DNA of 64,000 bases from Clostridia bacterium (GCA_017387685.1 JAFOEU010000024.1:29800-93799); one strand, 5' to 3'. Positions 25,034-35,081 are shown, counted from the first letter of the stretch. Notes: generated from the letters alone by a model not told the origin. Program-made: numbers and translations.

Positions 25034-27424
25034 TTATGCCTGAGCGGTAGTCTTAATAAATTCCTTGACACCCGCGATATCGGCAAACGCGGTGAAGTCC
25101 TCGCCGACGATATAGAGCAGAGTGGGAGCCTGACGGGTTCCGTACTTCTTCGCGAAGTCGGGATCGTCCTCAAAGTAAACCTTTTCGAACTCGATTCCCG
25201 CCTTTTCAAGGAGAGATGCCGCAATCTTGCACTTGGGGCAGGTCTTGGTTGCGAAGAGAACTACGCGGCCGTCCTCGTAAACAGCGTCAGCGGCGGGAGC
25301 GGATACGCTCTGCTTGCTGATGTTGCCGTGTCCGCGCTCTTCGAAGTGGAGCATGGACTGCTCGGGATCGTACTCAACTCTTTCTCTGTACTCCTGAGAC
25401 TTACCGTCGTTCCAGTTCTGAACGGGGCGGTAGTAGCCGGTGATACGGCTATAAACCTCGGTAACCTTACCGCACTTGGGGCAGGAGAAGTGCTCGCCCG
25501 CGATATATCCGTGCTCGGAGCATACCGAGTAGGTGGGAGAAAGGGTGTAGTAGGGGAGCTTATAATTCTCCGCGATCTTGCGGATGAGAGAAGCCGCCGC
25601 CTTCCAGTCGGGAAGCTTTTCGCCGAGGAAGGTGTGGAATACCGTACCCGAGGTATAGAGAGTCTGGAGCTCGTCCTGAATATCGAGGGCGGCAAAGACG
25701 TCGTCGGTATAGCTTACGGGAAGGTGGCTGGAGTTGGTGTAATAGGGAGTTTCGCCCTGAGAAGCGGTAATAATATCGGGATATCTCTTCTTGTCGTGCT
25801 TTGCAAGACGGAAGGAGGTGGACTCTGCGGGGGTAGCCTCGAGGTTGTAGAGGTCACCGTACATTTCCTGATAGTCGGAAAGTCTCTCGCGCATATGATT
25901 GAGAACGTCCTGAGTGAACTTCTGCGCCTTCTTATCGGTGAGATCCTTCTTGATCCAGCCGGCGTTGAGGCAGCACTCGTTCATACCGACAAGACCGATG
26001 GTGGAGAAATGGTTATTGAAGGTGCCGAGATAGCGCTTGGTGTAGGGGTAAAGACCCTCATCAAGAAGCTTGGTGATAACGTTTCTCTTGATCTTGAGCG
26101 AGCGAGCCGCTACGTCCATAAGTCTGTCGAGCTTACGGTAGAAGTCCTCCTCGTTCTCGGCGGTGTAGCCGAGACGGGGCATATTGATGGTAACAACGCC
26201 AACGGAACCCGTGCTCTCGCCGCTTCCGAAGTAACCGCCCGACTTCTTGCGAAGCTCGCGGAGGTCAAGACGCAGACGGCAGCACATCGAACGAACGTCG
26301 CTCGGCTCCATATCGCTGTTGATATAGTTTGAGAAATAAGGAATGCCGTACTTCGAGGTCATCTCGAAGAGGAGGCGGTTGTTTTCGGTATCAGACCAGT
26401 CGAAATCGCGGGTGATCGAATAGGTGGGGATGGGATACTGGAAGCCTCTGCCGTTGACGTCGCCCTCGATCATGATCTCGATGAACGCCTTGTTGACCAT
26501 ATCCATCTCAGCCTTACAGTCACCGTAGGTAAAGTTCTGCTCCTTGCCACCGACGATCGCGGGCTTGTCGATCATATCGGGAGGGCATACCCAGTCGAGG
26601 GTAATGTTCGAGAAGGGCGCCTGAGTACCCCAACGTGAGGGTGTATTTACGCCGTAAACGAAGGACTCGATGCACTTCTTGACCTGATCGTAGGTAAGGT
26701 TATCGGTCTTTACGAAGGGAGCGAGATAGGTATCGAAGGAGGAGAACGCCTGCGCGCCTGCCCACTCGTTCTGCATGATACCGAGGAAGTTGACCATCTG
26801 GTTGCAGAGGGTAGCAAGGTGCTTTGCGGGTGCGGACGAGATCTTACCGGTGATGCCGCCAAGGCCGTCCTCGATAAGCTGACGGAGCGACCAACCTGCA
26901 CAGTAGCCGGTGAGCATCGAAAGGTCGTGAAGGTGGAGATCTGCGTTCTGATGCGCCTGAGCGATCTCATCGTCGTAGATCTCGGAGAGCCAATAGTTAG
27001 CGGTGATCGCGCCCGAGTTGGAAAGGATAAGTCCGCCGACGGAGTAAGTGACGGTGGAGTTCTCCTTAACTCTCCAGTCGGTGCTCTTAACGTAGGAGTC
27101 AACGAGCGCCTTATAGTCAAGGATGGTGGACTTCATATTACGGAGCTTCTCGCGCTGACGGCGGTAGAGGATGTAAGCCTTTGCAACATCCTCGTAGCCC
27201 GCCTGAGCGAGGACGGACTCAACGCTGTCCTGAATGTCCTCAACCGCGATCTTGTCGCCGTTTACCTTCGGCTCGAAGTGGGAGGTGACGCGGAGAGCGA
27301 TAAGGTCTATCACGTCGGGATTATATTTTCTGTCGCATGCCTCGAATGCAAGCGTTATCGCCTTAGATATCTTCGAAATGTCAAATTCGGTGGTTTTGCC
27401 GTTTCTTTTAACTACCTGATACAT
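25034..27424 (-). CDS. nrdD: Anaerobic ribonucleoside-triphosphate reductase (class III) with a fused C-terminal glutaredoxin/NrdH-like domain
   Basis: N-terminal ATP-cone, SMCCRLRLD, a Zn ribbon CPKCG and the glycyl-radical motif RITGYYRPV (25430-25447). An extra ~100 aa follows, containing LFATKTCPKCK (CPKC at 25229-25240) and RQAPTLLY in a thioredoxin-fold pattern. Confidence 0.93.
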   Translation of the reverse strand: MYQVVKRNGKTTEFDISKISKAITLAFEACDRKYNPDVIDLIALRVTSHFEPKVNGDKIAVEDIQDSVESVLAQAGYEDVAKAYILYRRQREKLRNMKSTILDYKALVDSYVKSTDWRVKENSTVTYSVGGLILSNSGAITANYWLSEIYDDEIAQAHQNADLHLHDLSMLTGYCAGWSLRQLIEDGLGGITGKISSAPAKHLATLCNQMVNFLGIMQNEWAGAQAFSSFDTYLAPFVKTDNLTYDQVKKCIESFVYGVNTPSRWGTQAPFSNITLDWVCPPDMIDKPAIVGGKEQNFTYGDCKAEMDMVNKAFIEIMIEGDVNGRGFQYPIPTYSITRDFDWSDTENNRLLFEMTSKYGIPYFSNYINSDMEPSDVRSMCCRLRLDLRELRKKSGGYFGSGESTGSVGVVTINMPRLGYTAENEEDFYRKLDRLMDVAARSLKIKRNVITKLLDEGLYPYTKRYLGTFNNHFSTIGLVGMNECCLNAGWIKKDLTDKKAQKFTQDVLNHMRERLSDYQEMYGDLYNLEATPAESTSFRLAKHDKKRYPDIITASQGETPYYTNSSHLPVSYTDDVFAALDIQDELQTLYTSGTVFHTFLGEKLPDWKAAASLIRKIAENYKLPYYTLSPTYSVCSEHGYIAGEHFSCPKCGKVTEVYSRITGYYRPVQNWNDGKSQEYRERVEYDPEQSMLHFEERGHGNISKQSVSAPAADAVYEDGRVVLFATKTCPKCKIAASLLEKAGIEFEKVYFEDDPDFAKKYGTRQAPTLLYIVGEDFTAFADIAGVKEFIKTTAQA

Positions 27425-27448
27425 ACTTGTGTTCCTTTCTTGTTTTTA

Positions 27449-27569
27449 AATCTATATATAGTGTGTTTGTGCGCTGGCGAGTTATATTATACTATATATT
27501 GGGGTTTTTGTCAATACCCTATAACAAGATATTGTGCCGATTCTAAAAAATCGGCACAATATATAGTTA
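27449..27569 (-). promoter_or_regulatory. Putative NrdR operator region (several NrdR-box-like AT-rich palindromes) and nrdD promoter
   Basis: ACACTATATATAGATT (minus strand, 27449-27464) matches the NrdR box consensus acaCwAtATaTwGtgt at 14/16. ATACTATATATTGGGG (27489-27504) matches 13/16. AACTATATATTGTG (minus strand, 27554-27569) matches the core 12/12. A weaker ACAAGATATTGTG lies at 27524-27536, about 32 bp from the last box. TATAAT is present on the minus strand. Confidence 0.5.
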
Positions 27570-27604
27570 ATATTCCGTTTTTTTGGTTACTTTCACCAAT
27601 AGCT

Positions 27605-28303
27605 TCAATCAACGCCGCGAATTTCGACCAATCCGACCGAATCTCTTACGATATCGGCAAAAGCTTCGATTTCATGTCTGTCGAATCCGTGAAGTCCGCC
27701 GTAGAGGACAGCGCCCGAATCGACGAAATTCTGAAGATAATAAGCCTTTGCGCCGCGGATGAATTTAGCGATTCCGCGCATGGAATCGGCATCGTGAAGC
27801 TCGCGGACGAGGGTGGTGCGTAGCTCGTAGTCGATGCCCGAGAGCATAATGAAGGAGAGCGACGCGCGGATGAGCTCAACGTCGAAATTGCGGACACCGA
27901 CCGTCTGCGCGTATTTTTCGGGGGAATTTTTGATATCCATCGCGACCTTGTCGCAAAGTCCCTCGGAAATTATGCTTGCAAGCCGTTCGGGGTGGGTTCC
28001 GTTAGTGTCAAGCTTGATCTTATAGTCACCGATATCGCGGATCTTGCGAAGGAAATCCTCAAGATCGGGCTGGAGAAGTGGCTCGCCGCCGCTGACAGCA
28101 ATGCCGTCGAGTATTCCCTTACGCTTTTTCAGATGCTCGAGCACCTCCTCGACGGTATATCCCTCTGTGCCTCTCGGATCGAGGACGAGCGGGGAGTTAT
28201 GGCAGAAAGGACAGCGAAGGTCGCATCCGCCCGTAAAAACGGTGCAGGCGGTGAGTCCCGGGTAGTCAAGGAGAGTCACTTTATTAAAGCCTTGAATGTT
28301 CAT
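27605..28303 (-). CDS. nrdG: Anaerobic ribonucleotide reductase activating protein (radical SAM)
   Basis: The CDLRCPFCHN cluster motif, GGEPLLQ, a size of 232 aa and its position next to nrdD. Confidence 0.88.
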   Translation of the reverse strand: MNIQGFNKVTLLDYPGLTACTVFTGGCDLRCPFCHNSPLVLDPRGTEGYTVEEVLEHLKKRKGILDGIAVSGGEPLLQPDLEDFLRKIRDIGDYKIKLDTNGTHPERLASIISEGLCDKVAMDIKNSPEKYAQTVGVRNFDVELIRASLSFIMLSGIDYELRTTLVRELHDADSMRGIAKFIRGAKAYYLQNFVDSGAVLYGGLHGFDRHEIEAFADIVRDSVGLVEIRGVD

Positions 28304-28311
28304 TTTTCACC

Positions 28312-30129
28312 TCAATTGTATTCAGCGAGGAAGGTTCTCGCTTTATAGAAGGCTCTGCCGTCGAAGGTGTAGGTCTTGGCGGTAGCTTTGCTGCCTTCAA
28401 AGCTGAAGAGCTTGAAGCGGTCGGTGTCGTGGTCGGCGTAGACCTTGGTTGCAACAGTAAGCGCGGCGGTGCCGTCGGGGAAGGAGCAGATACACTTAAC
28501 GCTCGAGGTGCTGATCTGTGCCGAGCCCGCGTAGTTCTTATCGATCTTACCCGTGGTCTTATCAAAGATGCCGACGAAGCTGCCGCCGACCCAGACACGG
28601 TCGTCATCTCCGCAGATCGCAGAAAAATCGTGGCCGCCCTTCATATCATTACATCCGTAGGATGCGATCTTGGTCATCGTGGGAGCGGCGGAATCGTTTC
28701 CGATCTCATATGCAACGATATCGGAGTATCCCATCGCCCAAAGGATCTCGCGCGTTTCATCCCAAAGGACGGCATGTGCGCCGCGCAAGAGCTTTTCAGC
28801 GTATCTCTGATCCTTTTTATTCTCTGCAGAATAAACTCGGATAAATCCCTTCTCCTCCGCACTTCCGCCCGAGGATGCGATCGCAACCATACCGTTCGGG
28901 AGATACTCGCTCGAATGAGGTGAGGTTCCGCCGAGCTCCGCCTCCCAGAGGCATTCCGCGGCAGGATAGGAGGCTACTCCGCAGTAGCCCGAGGACGAGT
29001 TGAAGAGTATTATATAAGTGCCCCATTTTTCGCTGTAGCGCAGGCGAGCTTCATCGACGCGGTGACCGTAGCCCGTAAGTGAAAAGCCCTTTGAGGTCTG
29101 CGGAACGAATTCGTATTTGAGCACGGGATCAGCCGCCGAAATATCGTAAACCGCGATGCTTGCGTTTTTCTGATCGGCAAGAGCTATCGGCTTTGCACCG
29201 AAATCTGCGAGTGTGGGATAGGATGCACGCTCGAATTTGATGGTTTTTGCCTCGCCGAGGGTAAGCGCGACCTCGGTTTGTCCCTTCGGGAAAAGTCCTT
29301 CAATAAGATCGCGTGCCGCGCGGACGACAAGTCCGCCCTCGCCGCAGAGGATCACGTTACCGTTTTTCACACCAAAGACGTACTCGGAATCAGCCGCAGT
29401 TACGTCCGCGGCTCTTCCTATAAGAATTTTTTTGCCGTTCGGAGCTTTGGAGAGCTTTACGGTCGAAAGCTTTTTGCCCGTTTTGCCAAGGATGCTGTTA
29501 GTGATCAGCTCTGCCGCGTAATTTTCGTCGGCATCTGCGCTGTCGGGGATAACGAGCGTATAGGCTTCGATCGGTTCGCCGTTGAGCAGACAGCTTGTTA
29601 CAGCGTACTGTCCCGCGGAAAGATAGGAAAGATCGGACGCGATCTCGCCGCCCTGCAGGCAGAATTCAAGAAAATGTGAGATTGCCTTCACCGTCGACTC
29701 GTCATCACCGCCGATGATGGCAAGACGGCGACTTTCGGGGAAATACTTGATTGCAAAATCGTTAGCAAGAAGAGTTTCCTTCAGCTCGATACTCTCGGGG
29801 CGGTTGGTGTCGCCGATGAGAATTTCAAGTGCCTCTGCGGGAAGCTCGCCCGCATTTTTATTGTACCAATCGTCGCCGATGGTCAAGCCTCCCGCAACCG
29901 ATTCAAGTGTCTTTTTGAACTCGACCGCCGCCGAAACTATCGACCCCGATGCATCTTCCGAGCGAATGACCTTATAGCCCGCCAGAGAAATACTGCTCGG
30001 TGCTTTGGTGATTTCCGAGGTAGGAAGCTCCTCCTGCGGCATAGTCACTATCGGATCGAGAACGTCACCCGAGCAGGACGAAAGCAAAAGCATTATACTA
30101 ACAAGTAAGGTTATAATTCTTTTTTTCAT
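28312..30129 (-). CDS. Hypothetical lipoprotein with a predicted beta-propeller-like C-terminal half
   Basis: GGAGGA RBS and lipobox LLLSSC. There are two N-terminal alpha/beta-like repeats (..ILIGDTNRPE.. / ..ILIGRAADV..). The Gly/Trp/Asp-rich C-terminal half ends in FYKARTF. No family confidently recognised. Confidence 0.55.
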   Translation of the reverse strand: MKKRIITLLVSIMLLLSSCSGDVLDPIVTMPQEELPTSEITKAPSSISLAGYKVIRSEDASGSIVSAAVEFKKTLESVAGGLTIGDDWYNKNAGELPAEALEILIGDTNRPESIELKETLLANDFAIKYFPESRRLAIIGGDDESTVKAISHFLEFCLQGGEIASDLSYLSAGQYAVTSCLLNGEPIEAYTLVIPDSADADENYAAELITNSILGKTGKKLSTVKLSKAPNGKKILIGRAADVTAADSEYVFGVKNGNVILCGEGGLVVRAARDLIEGLFPKGQTEVALTLGEAKTIKFERASYPTLADFGAKPIALADQKNASIAVYDISAADPVLKYEFVPQTSKGFSLTGYGHRVDEARLRYSEKWGTYIILFNSSSGYCGVASYPAAECLWEAELGGTSPHSSEYLPNGMVAIASSGGSAEEKGFIRVYSAENKKDQRYAEKLLRGAHAVLWDETREILWAMGYSDIVAYEIGNDSAAPTMTKIASYGCNDMKGGHDFSAICGDDDRVWVGGSFVGIFDKTTGKIDKNYAGSAQISTSSVKCICSFPDGTAALTVATKVYADHDTDRFKLFSFEGSKATAKTYTFDGRAFYKARTFLAEYN

Positions 30130-30270
30130 TTTATAGTCCTCCATACCATAACATTTTACAATTTTTCGTGCAAAAAGTCAAGTCTAAAATAAAAATTTTC
30201 GCGTTTCCTCTTGCGGTCGGCGCGGAAAAGTGGTACAATTATTACATATTAATATTTGGAGGTCTCCGAT

Positions 30271-31101
30271 ATGATCTATGAAACCATCGCTCTCTGGGAT
30301 AAGCATCCCGAGGCTACACTTACATCCTACTGCATCACAAGCACTGCCGAGCTCAAGCTCTCGCCCCGCCGCGCCGTTGTCATTTGTCCCGGCGGAGGAT
30401 ATCATTTTCTCTCCGACCGCGAGGCTGAGCCGATAGTTTTCAAGTTCCTCTCGGCGGGATTTAACGTATTCCTTCTCCGTTACAGCATCAAGCCGAACGC
30501 TCACAGCTACGCACCCCTGATCGAGGCGGGTATGGCGATCAAGTACGTCCGCGAGAATGCGGAAAAGTACAATACCGATCCGAACTACGTCTTCATCGGC
30601 GGCTTCTCTGCCGGCGGACACCTTGCCGCAAGCGCGGGTACCCTTTGGAACATTAAGCCCGTCCGCGAGGCACTCGGCATCGAATCGGGCGAAGCTCCTG
30701 AGGGAATCAACCGCCCGACCGGTACAATTCTCTCCTACCCCGTAATTTCGGGCGGCGACAAGGCGCACAAGGGCTCGATCAAGAACGTTTCGGGATGCGA
30801 TCCGCTGACCGATGAGGCAATCGAGGCATTCTCCCTCGAGCTTCACGTTGACGAAACCACATCGCCCGCCTTCATCTGGCACACATTCACTGACAAGACG
30901 GTTCCCGTTGAGAATTCCCTTCTCTACGCCTCTGCACTCACCGAGCACAAGGTTCCCTTTGAGCTTCACATTTATCCCGAGGGCAAGCACGGTCTCGCGC
31001 TCTGCAACGAGATCACCTGGTCGCAGAATCCCGACAGCATCGTTCCCCACTGCGAGGGTTGGATAGACCTCGCGATCAAGTGGGCTTCGGAGCTTAAATA
31101 A
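30271..31101 (+). CDS. Alpha/beta hydrolase (esterase/lipase-like)
   Basis: Oxyanion motif PGGGY, nucleophile elbow GGFSAGGHLA and a C-terminal HIYPEGKHG. The start is ATG 30271, preceded by a GGAGG RBS. Confidence 0.8.
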   Translation: MIYETIALWDKHPEATLTSYCITSTAELKLSPRRAVVICPGGGYHFLSDREAEPIVFKFLSAGFNVFLLRYSIKPNAHSYAPLIEAGMAIKYVRENAEKYNTDPNYVFIGGFSAGGHLAASAGTLWNIKPVREALGIESGEAPEGINRPTGTILSYPVISGGDKAHKGSIKNVSGCDPLTDEAIEAFSLELHVDETTSPAFIWHTFTDKTVPVENSLLYASALTEHKVPFELHIYPEGKHGLALCNEITWSQNPDSIVPHCEGWIDLAIKWASELK

Positions 31102-31538
31102 TGCCTAAAAAGCATCCGCGGCTCGCCTTTTGGCTGACGGTCATCCCCGCCGTGATCGGCTCGGCACTTGCAGTCTACCACCTTATCGTGGTTGCTCTGA
31201 CCGTAGCCGATCCCGCTTACACCCCGATGCTCGGCGGTTTCACGGGCGGAATTTACCTCGTTTTCGACTATTTTGCGATGTCGCTGCCCATCTGCATCCT
31301 GCTCTTTGCCGCGCTGCTTCTCAATCTTATTTGGTCGCGCGCGTTGTCGAGGAGTTGGAACTGCACCGCACTCGCATCCTGCGCCGTGTTTCTGATCTGC
31401 GGGATAGCGATCATCATCAATAATACAACCGCACCGCTTGCAGTTTCGCTGAACCTCGCCGCACGCGCGATCGCGGAGGCGGTGACGGCGGTTACGCTCG
31501 TTCACAGCTTAACCTCAAATAAAAAGAAAAACGGCTGA
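31101..31538 (+). CDS. Hypothetical membrane protein
   Basis: 145 aa with about four TM helices. Start and stop overlap the preceding gene (ATAATG). Confidence 0.5.
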   Translation: MPKKHPRLAFWLTVIPAVIGSALAVYHLIVVALTVADPAYTPMLGGFTGGIYLVFDYFAMSLPICILLFAALLLNLIWSRALSRSWNCTALASCAVFLICGIAIIINNTTAPLAVSLNLAARAIAEAVTAVTLVHSLTSNKKKNG

Positions 31539-31557
31539 AAAAGCCGTTTTTCTTTTT
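31521..31557. terminator. Bidirectional rho-independent terminator
   Basis: AAAAAGAAAAACGGC-TGAAAA-AGCCGTTTTTCTTTTT, shared by convergent genes. Confidence 0.8.
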
Positions 31558-32818
31558 ATTCTTCAACAAGCTCGATATCCGCACCGAGTGCACGAAGCTT
31601 GCCTACGATATCGTCATATCCGCGCTCGATCTTTTCGACACCGTATATCACGGTCTCGCCCTCTGCGGTCAATCCCGCGATGATGAGCGCCGCGCCCGCG
31701 CGGAGGTCGGTTGCGGTGACTTCTGTGCCGCTTAGCACGGGAACGCCGTATATAGTCGCGCGGTTGCCGTCAACGGCAATGTCCGCTCCCATCTTGCAGA
31801 GCTCCTCTACGTACTGAAATCTTTTTTCCCATACGCTTTCGGTCACGACCGAGGTGCCGTTTGCGGTTGCAAGAAGTGCCGAGAACTGAGGATGCATATC
31901 CGTGGGAAATCCGGGGTAGAAATAGGTCTTTACGTTCGCGCTTCCGAGGGGACCGTAGCGGGATACCGTGATAATATCCTCGTACATCTCAACGTCCACG
32001 TTCATTTCGAGCAGCTTGGCGGTTACGGTCTCAACATGCTTCGGGATAACACCGCGAATACCGACTCTGCCTCCCGCCGCCGCTGCAGCCGCCATATAAG
32101 TTCCCGCCTCGATCATATCGGGAAGGATGGTGTAGTTACAGCCGTGAAGCTCGGGAACGCCCTGAATCTTGATTACCGACGTGCCCGCGCCCGTAATTCG
32201 CGCGCCGCACATATTGAGGAAGTTCGCCACGTCGACGATGTGGGGCTCGCGCGCCGCGTTGTCGATGGTGGTCTTGCCGTTTGCCAAAGCCGCGGCAAGC
32301 ATTACGTTGATCGTCGCGCCGACAGAGGCGATATCGAGATATACCGCCGCACCGTAAAGACCGCCGTGCTCGGCTTTTAATATATTGTATGTATCGTCAT
32401 TCTGATATTTCGCACCGAGAGCAACGAAGCCCTTGATATGCTGATCGATCGGTCTCGAGCCGAAATCGCAACCGCCCGACGAGCCTACGCAAGCTTCGCC
32501 AAAGCGTCCAAGCTCAGCGCCGAGGAGATAGGTAGAGCCGCGAAGCTTCGAGACGAGCTCCTTCGGCGACGTGCCGTTCTGAAAATTCTTCGTATCGATC
32601 GCAACGGCGTTATTGCCGAGTCTTTCAACGGTTGCCCCCATCTTTTCAAGAATCTCAAGCGACAGCTCAACGTCGCTTACGGGAGGAAGATTTTCAACGA
32701 CGCATCGCTCACCGACGAGAATGCTCGCAAAAATTATCGGAAGAGCGGCATTTTTCATACCGCTTATATTTACGTTTCCGTACAGCGACTTACCGCCGCG
32801 CACAATTATTTTCTTCAT
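31556..32818 (-). CDS. murA: UDP-N-acetylglucosamine 1-carboxyvinyltransferase
   Basis: 420 aa. The N-terminus has ...GGKSLYGNVNISGMKNAALPI, and other motifs include GCDFGSRPID and LRAGAALIIAGL. Confidence 0.95.
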   Translation of the reverse strand: MKKIIVRGGKSLYGNVNISGMKNAALPIIFASILVGERCVVENLPPVSDVELSLEILEKMGATVERLGNNAVAIDTKNFQNGTSPKELVSKLRGSTYLLGAELGRFGEACVGSSGGCDFGSRPIDQHIKGFVALGAKYQNDDTYNILKAEHGGLYGAAVYLDIASVGATINVMLAAALANGKTTIDNAAREPHIVDVANFLNMCGARITGAGTSVIKIQGVPELHGCNYTILPDMIEAGTYMAAAAAAGGRVGIRGVIPKHVETVTAKLLEMNVDVEMYEDIITVSRYGPLGSANVKTYFYPGFPTDMHPQFSALLATANGTSVVTESVWEKRFQYVEELCKMGADIAVDGNRATIYGVPVLSGTEVTATDLRAGAALIIAGLTAEGETVIYGVEKIERGYDDIVGKLRALGADIELVEE

Positions 32819-32916
32819 ATATCAAAACCCCAAAAGTTATATAATCATACATAGTATATTATATCATATAAAATAGAAAAAAGGAAGATAATTAATAAAA
32901 ATTTTCAAAAAAACTT

Positions 32917-34068
32917 TTATTTACCTATTATATAAGCAACGGCAAGGTCAACGACCATTCCATAGCTCTTGGTTCCCGGTGTACCTTGAATGGTCAGATA
33001 GGCGTTGTTCACCGCACCTGTGACGTTCGCGGCGACGTTTTCACGGTATTTGGCAAAGAACGTGCTATACGCGGTCATTTCCTTGCGCGCGACCGGTGAA
33101 AGTCTTGAACGAACCTTGGTATACGCCTCGCGATCCGCCGAATAAAGCGCGTTTGAAACGTATTCATAAAGATTGAGATATCCGCTGTAACGAATATATT
33201 CGTCATCCGATGCCGTGCATACCAAAAAAGCAACAAAATTCGCCTCATCCTCGCGGGCAATACCGCGCTGATGCGCCATTTCGTGCGCGGCGGTGTAGGG
33301 GAGGGTGTAGTCGGGGAAATTAGTATTGATATTTGCCTCTCCCGTGAAATAGGTGTAAACGCCCGAAATATGAGTATAAGTCCAAGGCTCGGAGAGCATT
33401 ACGGGCTTTATCCTCGAGGGGAAGCGCGAAATGAAGCTGTACTCATCCGATACCTTATCGTATGCCCGAAGCAGCTCCAGACTCAGCGTATCGTAGCCGT
33501 ATGGCATAACTGTCGAGCCATCCTTACGGACACCGAGGGAATGGGCGTATTTATTGATCTCATCGACGAGATAGTCGGCGGTCTCGCGCAGCTCTTCAGC
33601 GCTGACCTCTCGGCGATCGAGCTCGAGCAGCTTATCGACGCTGCTTGTGTGATATCCTGCACCGAAATTCAGCGCAAATGTGGTAAAAAACAGAGAGGCT
33701 ACCGAGAGAATGATAACGAGAAAGCGACCGACGTCAAGCCAGTTTTTCGTATAATACTTATCTGCGTATATAACTATAAAAATAAAAATGATCGGCGCAA
33801 AAACAATGAGCGCTTCTCCAAGAGAGCAAGGCAGGATCATCGTGACGAATGCAAACGCACCGCGAAGGAAAGCCGCAGGATAGCGGTTATAGAAATTCGC
33901 AAAATCCTCGAAGAAAATATATGCCAGCATCACTAAAAGTGCGAATGCCGCAATGGCAAAAAGAACCCACGAAAAAATAGGAATCCCGTGCCACTCACGA
34001 GCCCTCTTGCCTTCGTTCGCTTCTTTTACCTCTTCGGTAGTATTTATATTTTCGTTATTATTCATCAT
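32917..34068 (-). CDS. DUF3810-like membrane metalloprotease-like protein
   Basis: N-terminal TM helices and a C-terminal domain with HEMAHQRG (HExxH). The start is taken at MMNNNEN (GGAG RBS) and overlaps the upstream gene end by 11 nt. Confidence 0.65.
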   Translation of the reverse strand: MMNNNENINTTEEVKEANEGKRAREWHGIPIFSWVLFAIAAFALLVMLAYIFFEDFANFYNRYPAAFLRGAFAFVTMILPCSLGEALIVFAPIIFIFIVIYADKYYTKNWLDVGRFLVIILSVASLFFTTFALNFGAGYHTSSVDKLLELDRREVSAEELRETADYLVDEINKYAHSLGVRKDGSTVMPYGYDTLSLELLRAYDKVSDEYSFISRFPSRIKPVMLSEPWTYTHISGVYTYFTGEANINTNFPDYTLPYTAAHEMAHQRGIAREDEANFVAFLVCTASDDEYIRYSGYLNLYEYVSNALYSADREAYTKVRSRLSPVARKEMTAYSTFFAKYRENVAANVTGAVNNAYLTIQGTPGTKSYGMVVDLAVAYIIGK

Positions 34069-34999
34069 CTGAGCTCCATATAAGTTTTTCGCATAGCGAA
34101 AGGAAATCATCCGGCAGCGGTGCGCTGACTGTGATGCTTCTGCCGTCCGCAGGGTGAGGGAACGTCATTCTTGCGGCATGAAGCGCGTGGCGGTCGATCA
34201 GCTCGCTACGCTCACCGTAAAGAAAATCTCCAACAAGGGGACAGCCGATATACGCCATATGCACGCGGATCTGATGCGTTCTGCCCGTCAGCGGGCGGAG
34301 AACGACGAGTGAGTGCTTGCCGTCCTTTGAAACGGCAACTGTATTGTATTCAGTCCGCGCCACTCTTCCCTCTTCAGAAACCGTTCGCATAAGTATGCCA
34401 ACATCGGCACGGGCAATGGGCGCGTCAACGATACCCTTCATCGGCTCGGGTGTACCGCAAACAACGGCAATATAGGTCTTTTTGATCTCGCCGTTCTTCA
34501 TCTTTGTAAAAAGTCTGCCCGCCGCGATCCGATCGTTTGCTGTCAGCACGATGCCGCTTGTGTCGCCGTCAAGGCGGTTAACGGGGCGGAAAACGAAGGG
34601 CTCACCCTTGACCGAGGCAAGAAATGCGAGCGCATTGGCAAGAGTATCGTCGAGATGCCCGTGGGAGGGGTGTGTCGGCATATGAGGCGGCTTATTACAG
34701 ACGGTAACTTGCGCGTCGCGGTAGAGCATTTTGATCGGGAGCTTGCGCGGAATTACTGTTTCGGATGCATCTGCGGCTCTGTCCTCAACGGCAAGCTCAA
34801 CGACGTCGCCCGCGTGCAGAACGCGGCGGACCGTGACCTCCTCGCCGTTAACCTTAATGCCACCCTCGCGGAATTTCAGCGATTTAATTGTACGGGATGA
34901 AAGCTTTTCTCTGCCCTTGAGCAGGGTGAGCAAGGTGATTCCGTCCTCGGATGCCGTTACGGTTTTTTTCACAGCGCAGTCTCCTTTATTTTTTGTCAT
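34058..34999 (-). CDS. RluA family pseudouridine synthase (RluD-like, with N-terminal S4 domain)
   Basis: S4-like N-terminus (KVNGEEVTVRRVLHAGDVV), the catalytic motif HRLDGDTSG as its variant NRLDGDTSG, and GRTHQIRVHMA. Confidence 0.88.
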   Translation of the reverse strand: MTKNKGDCAVKKTVTASEDGITLLTLLKGREKLSSRTIKSLKFREGGIKVNGEEVTVRRVLHAGDVVELAVEDRAADASETVIPRKLPIKMLYRDAQVTVCNKPPHMPTHPSHGHLDDTLANALAFLASVKGEPFVFRPVNRLDGDTSGIVLTANDRIAAGRLFTKMKNGEIKKTYIAVVCGTPEPMKGIVDAPIARADVGILMRTVSEEGRVARTEYNTVAVSKDGKHSLVVLRPLTGRTHQIRVHMAYIGCPLVGDFLYGERSELIDRHALHAARMTFPHPADGRSITVSAPLPDDFLSLCEKLIWSSDDE

Positions 35000-35036
35000 C
35001 CTATATTATATTATACCAATACTATCAGTATTTTAC

Positions 35037-35081
35037 TAAAATGTAACAAAATTTCCGCCGCTCTGCAATAGAGCGGCGGAA
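35037..35081 (-). terminator. Rho-independent terminator ending the vanY-like/SBP transcription unit
   Basis: The minus strand reads TTCCGCCGCTCT-ATTGC-AGAGCGGCGGAA followed by ATTTTGTTACATTTT. Confidence 0.75.
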
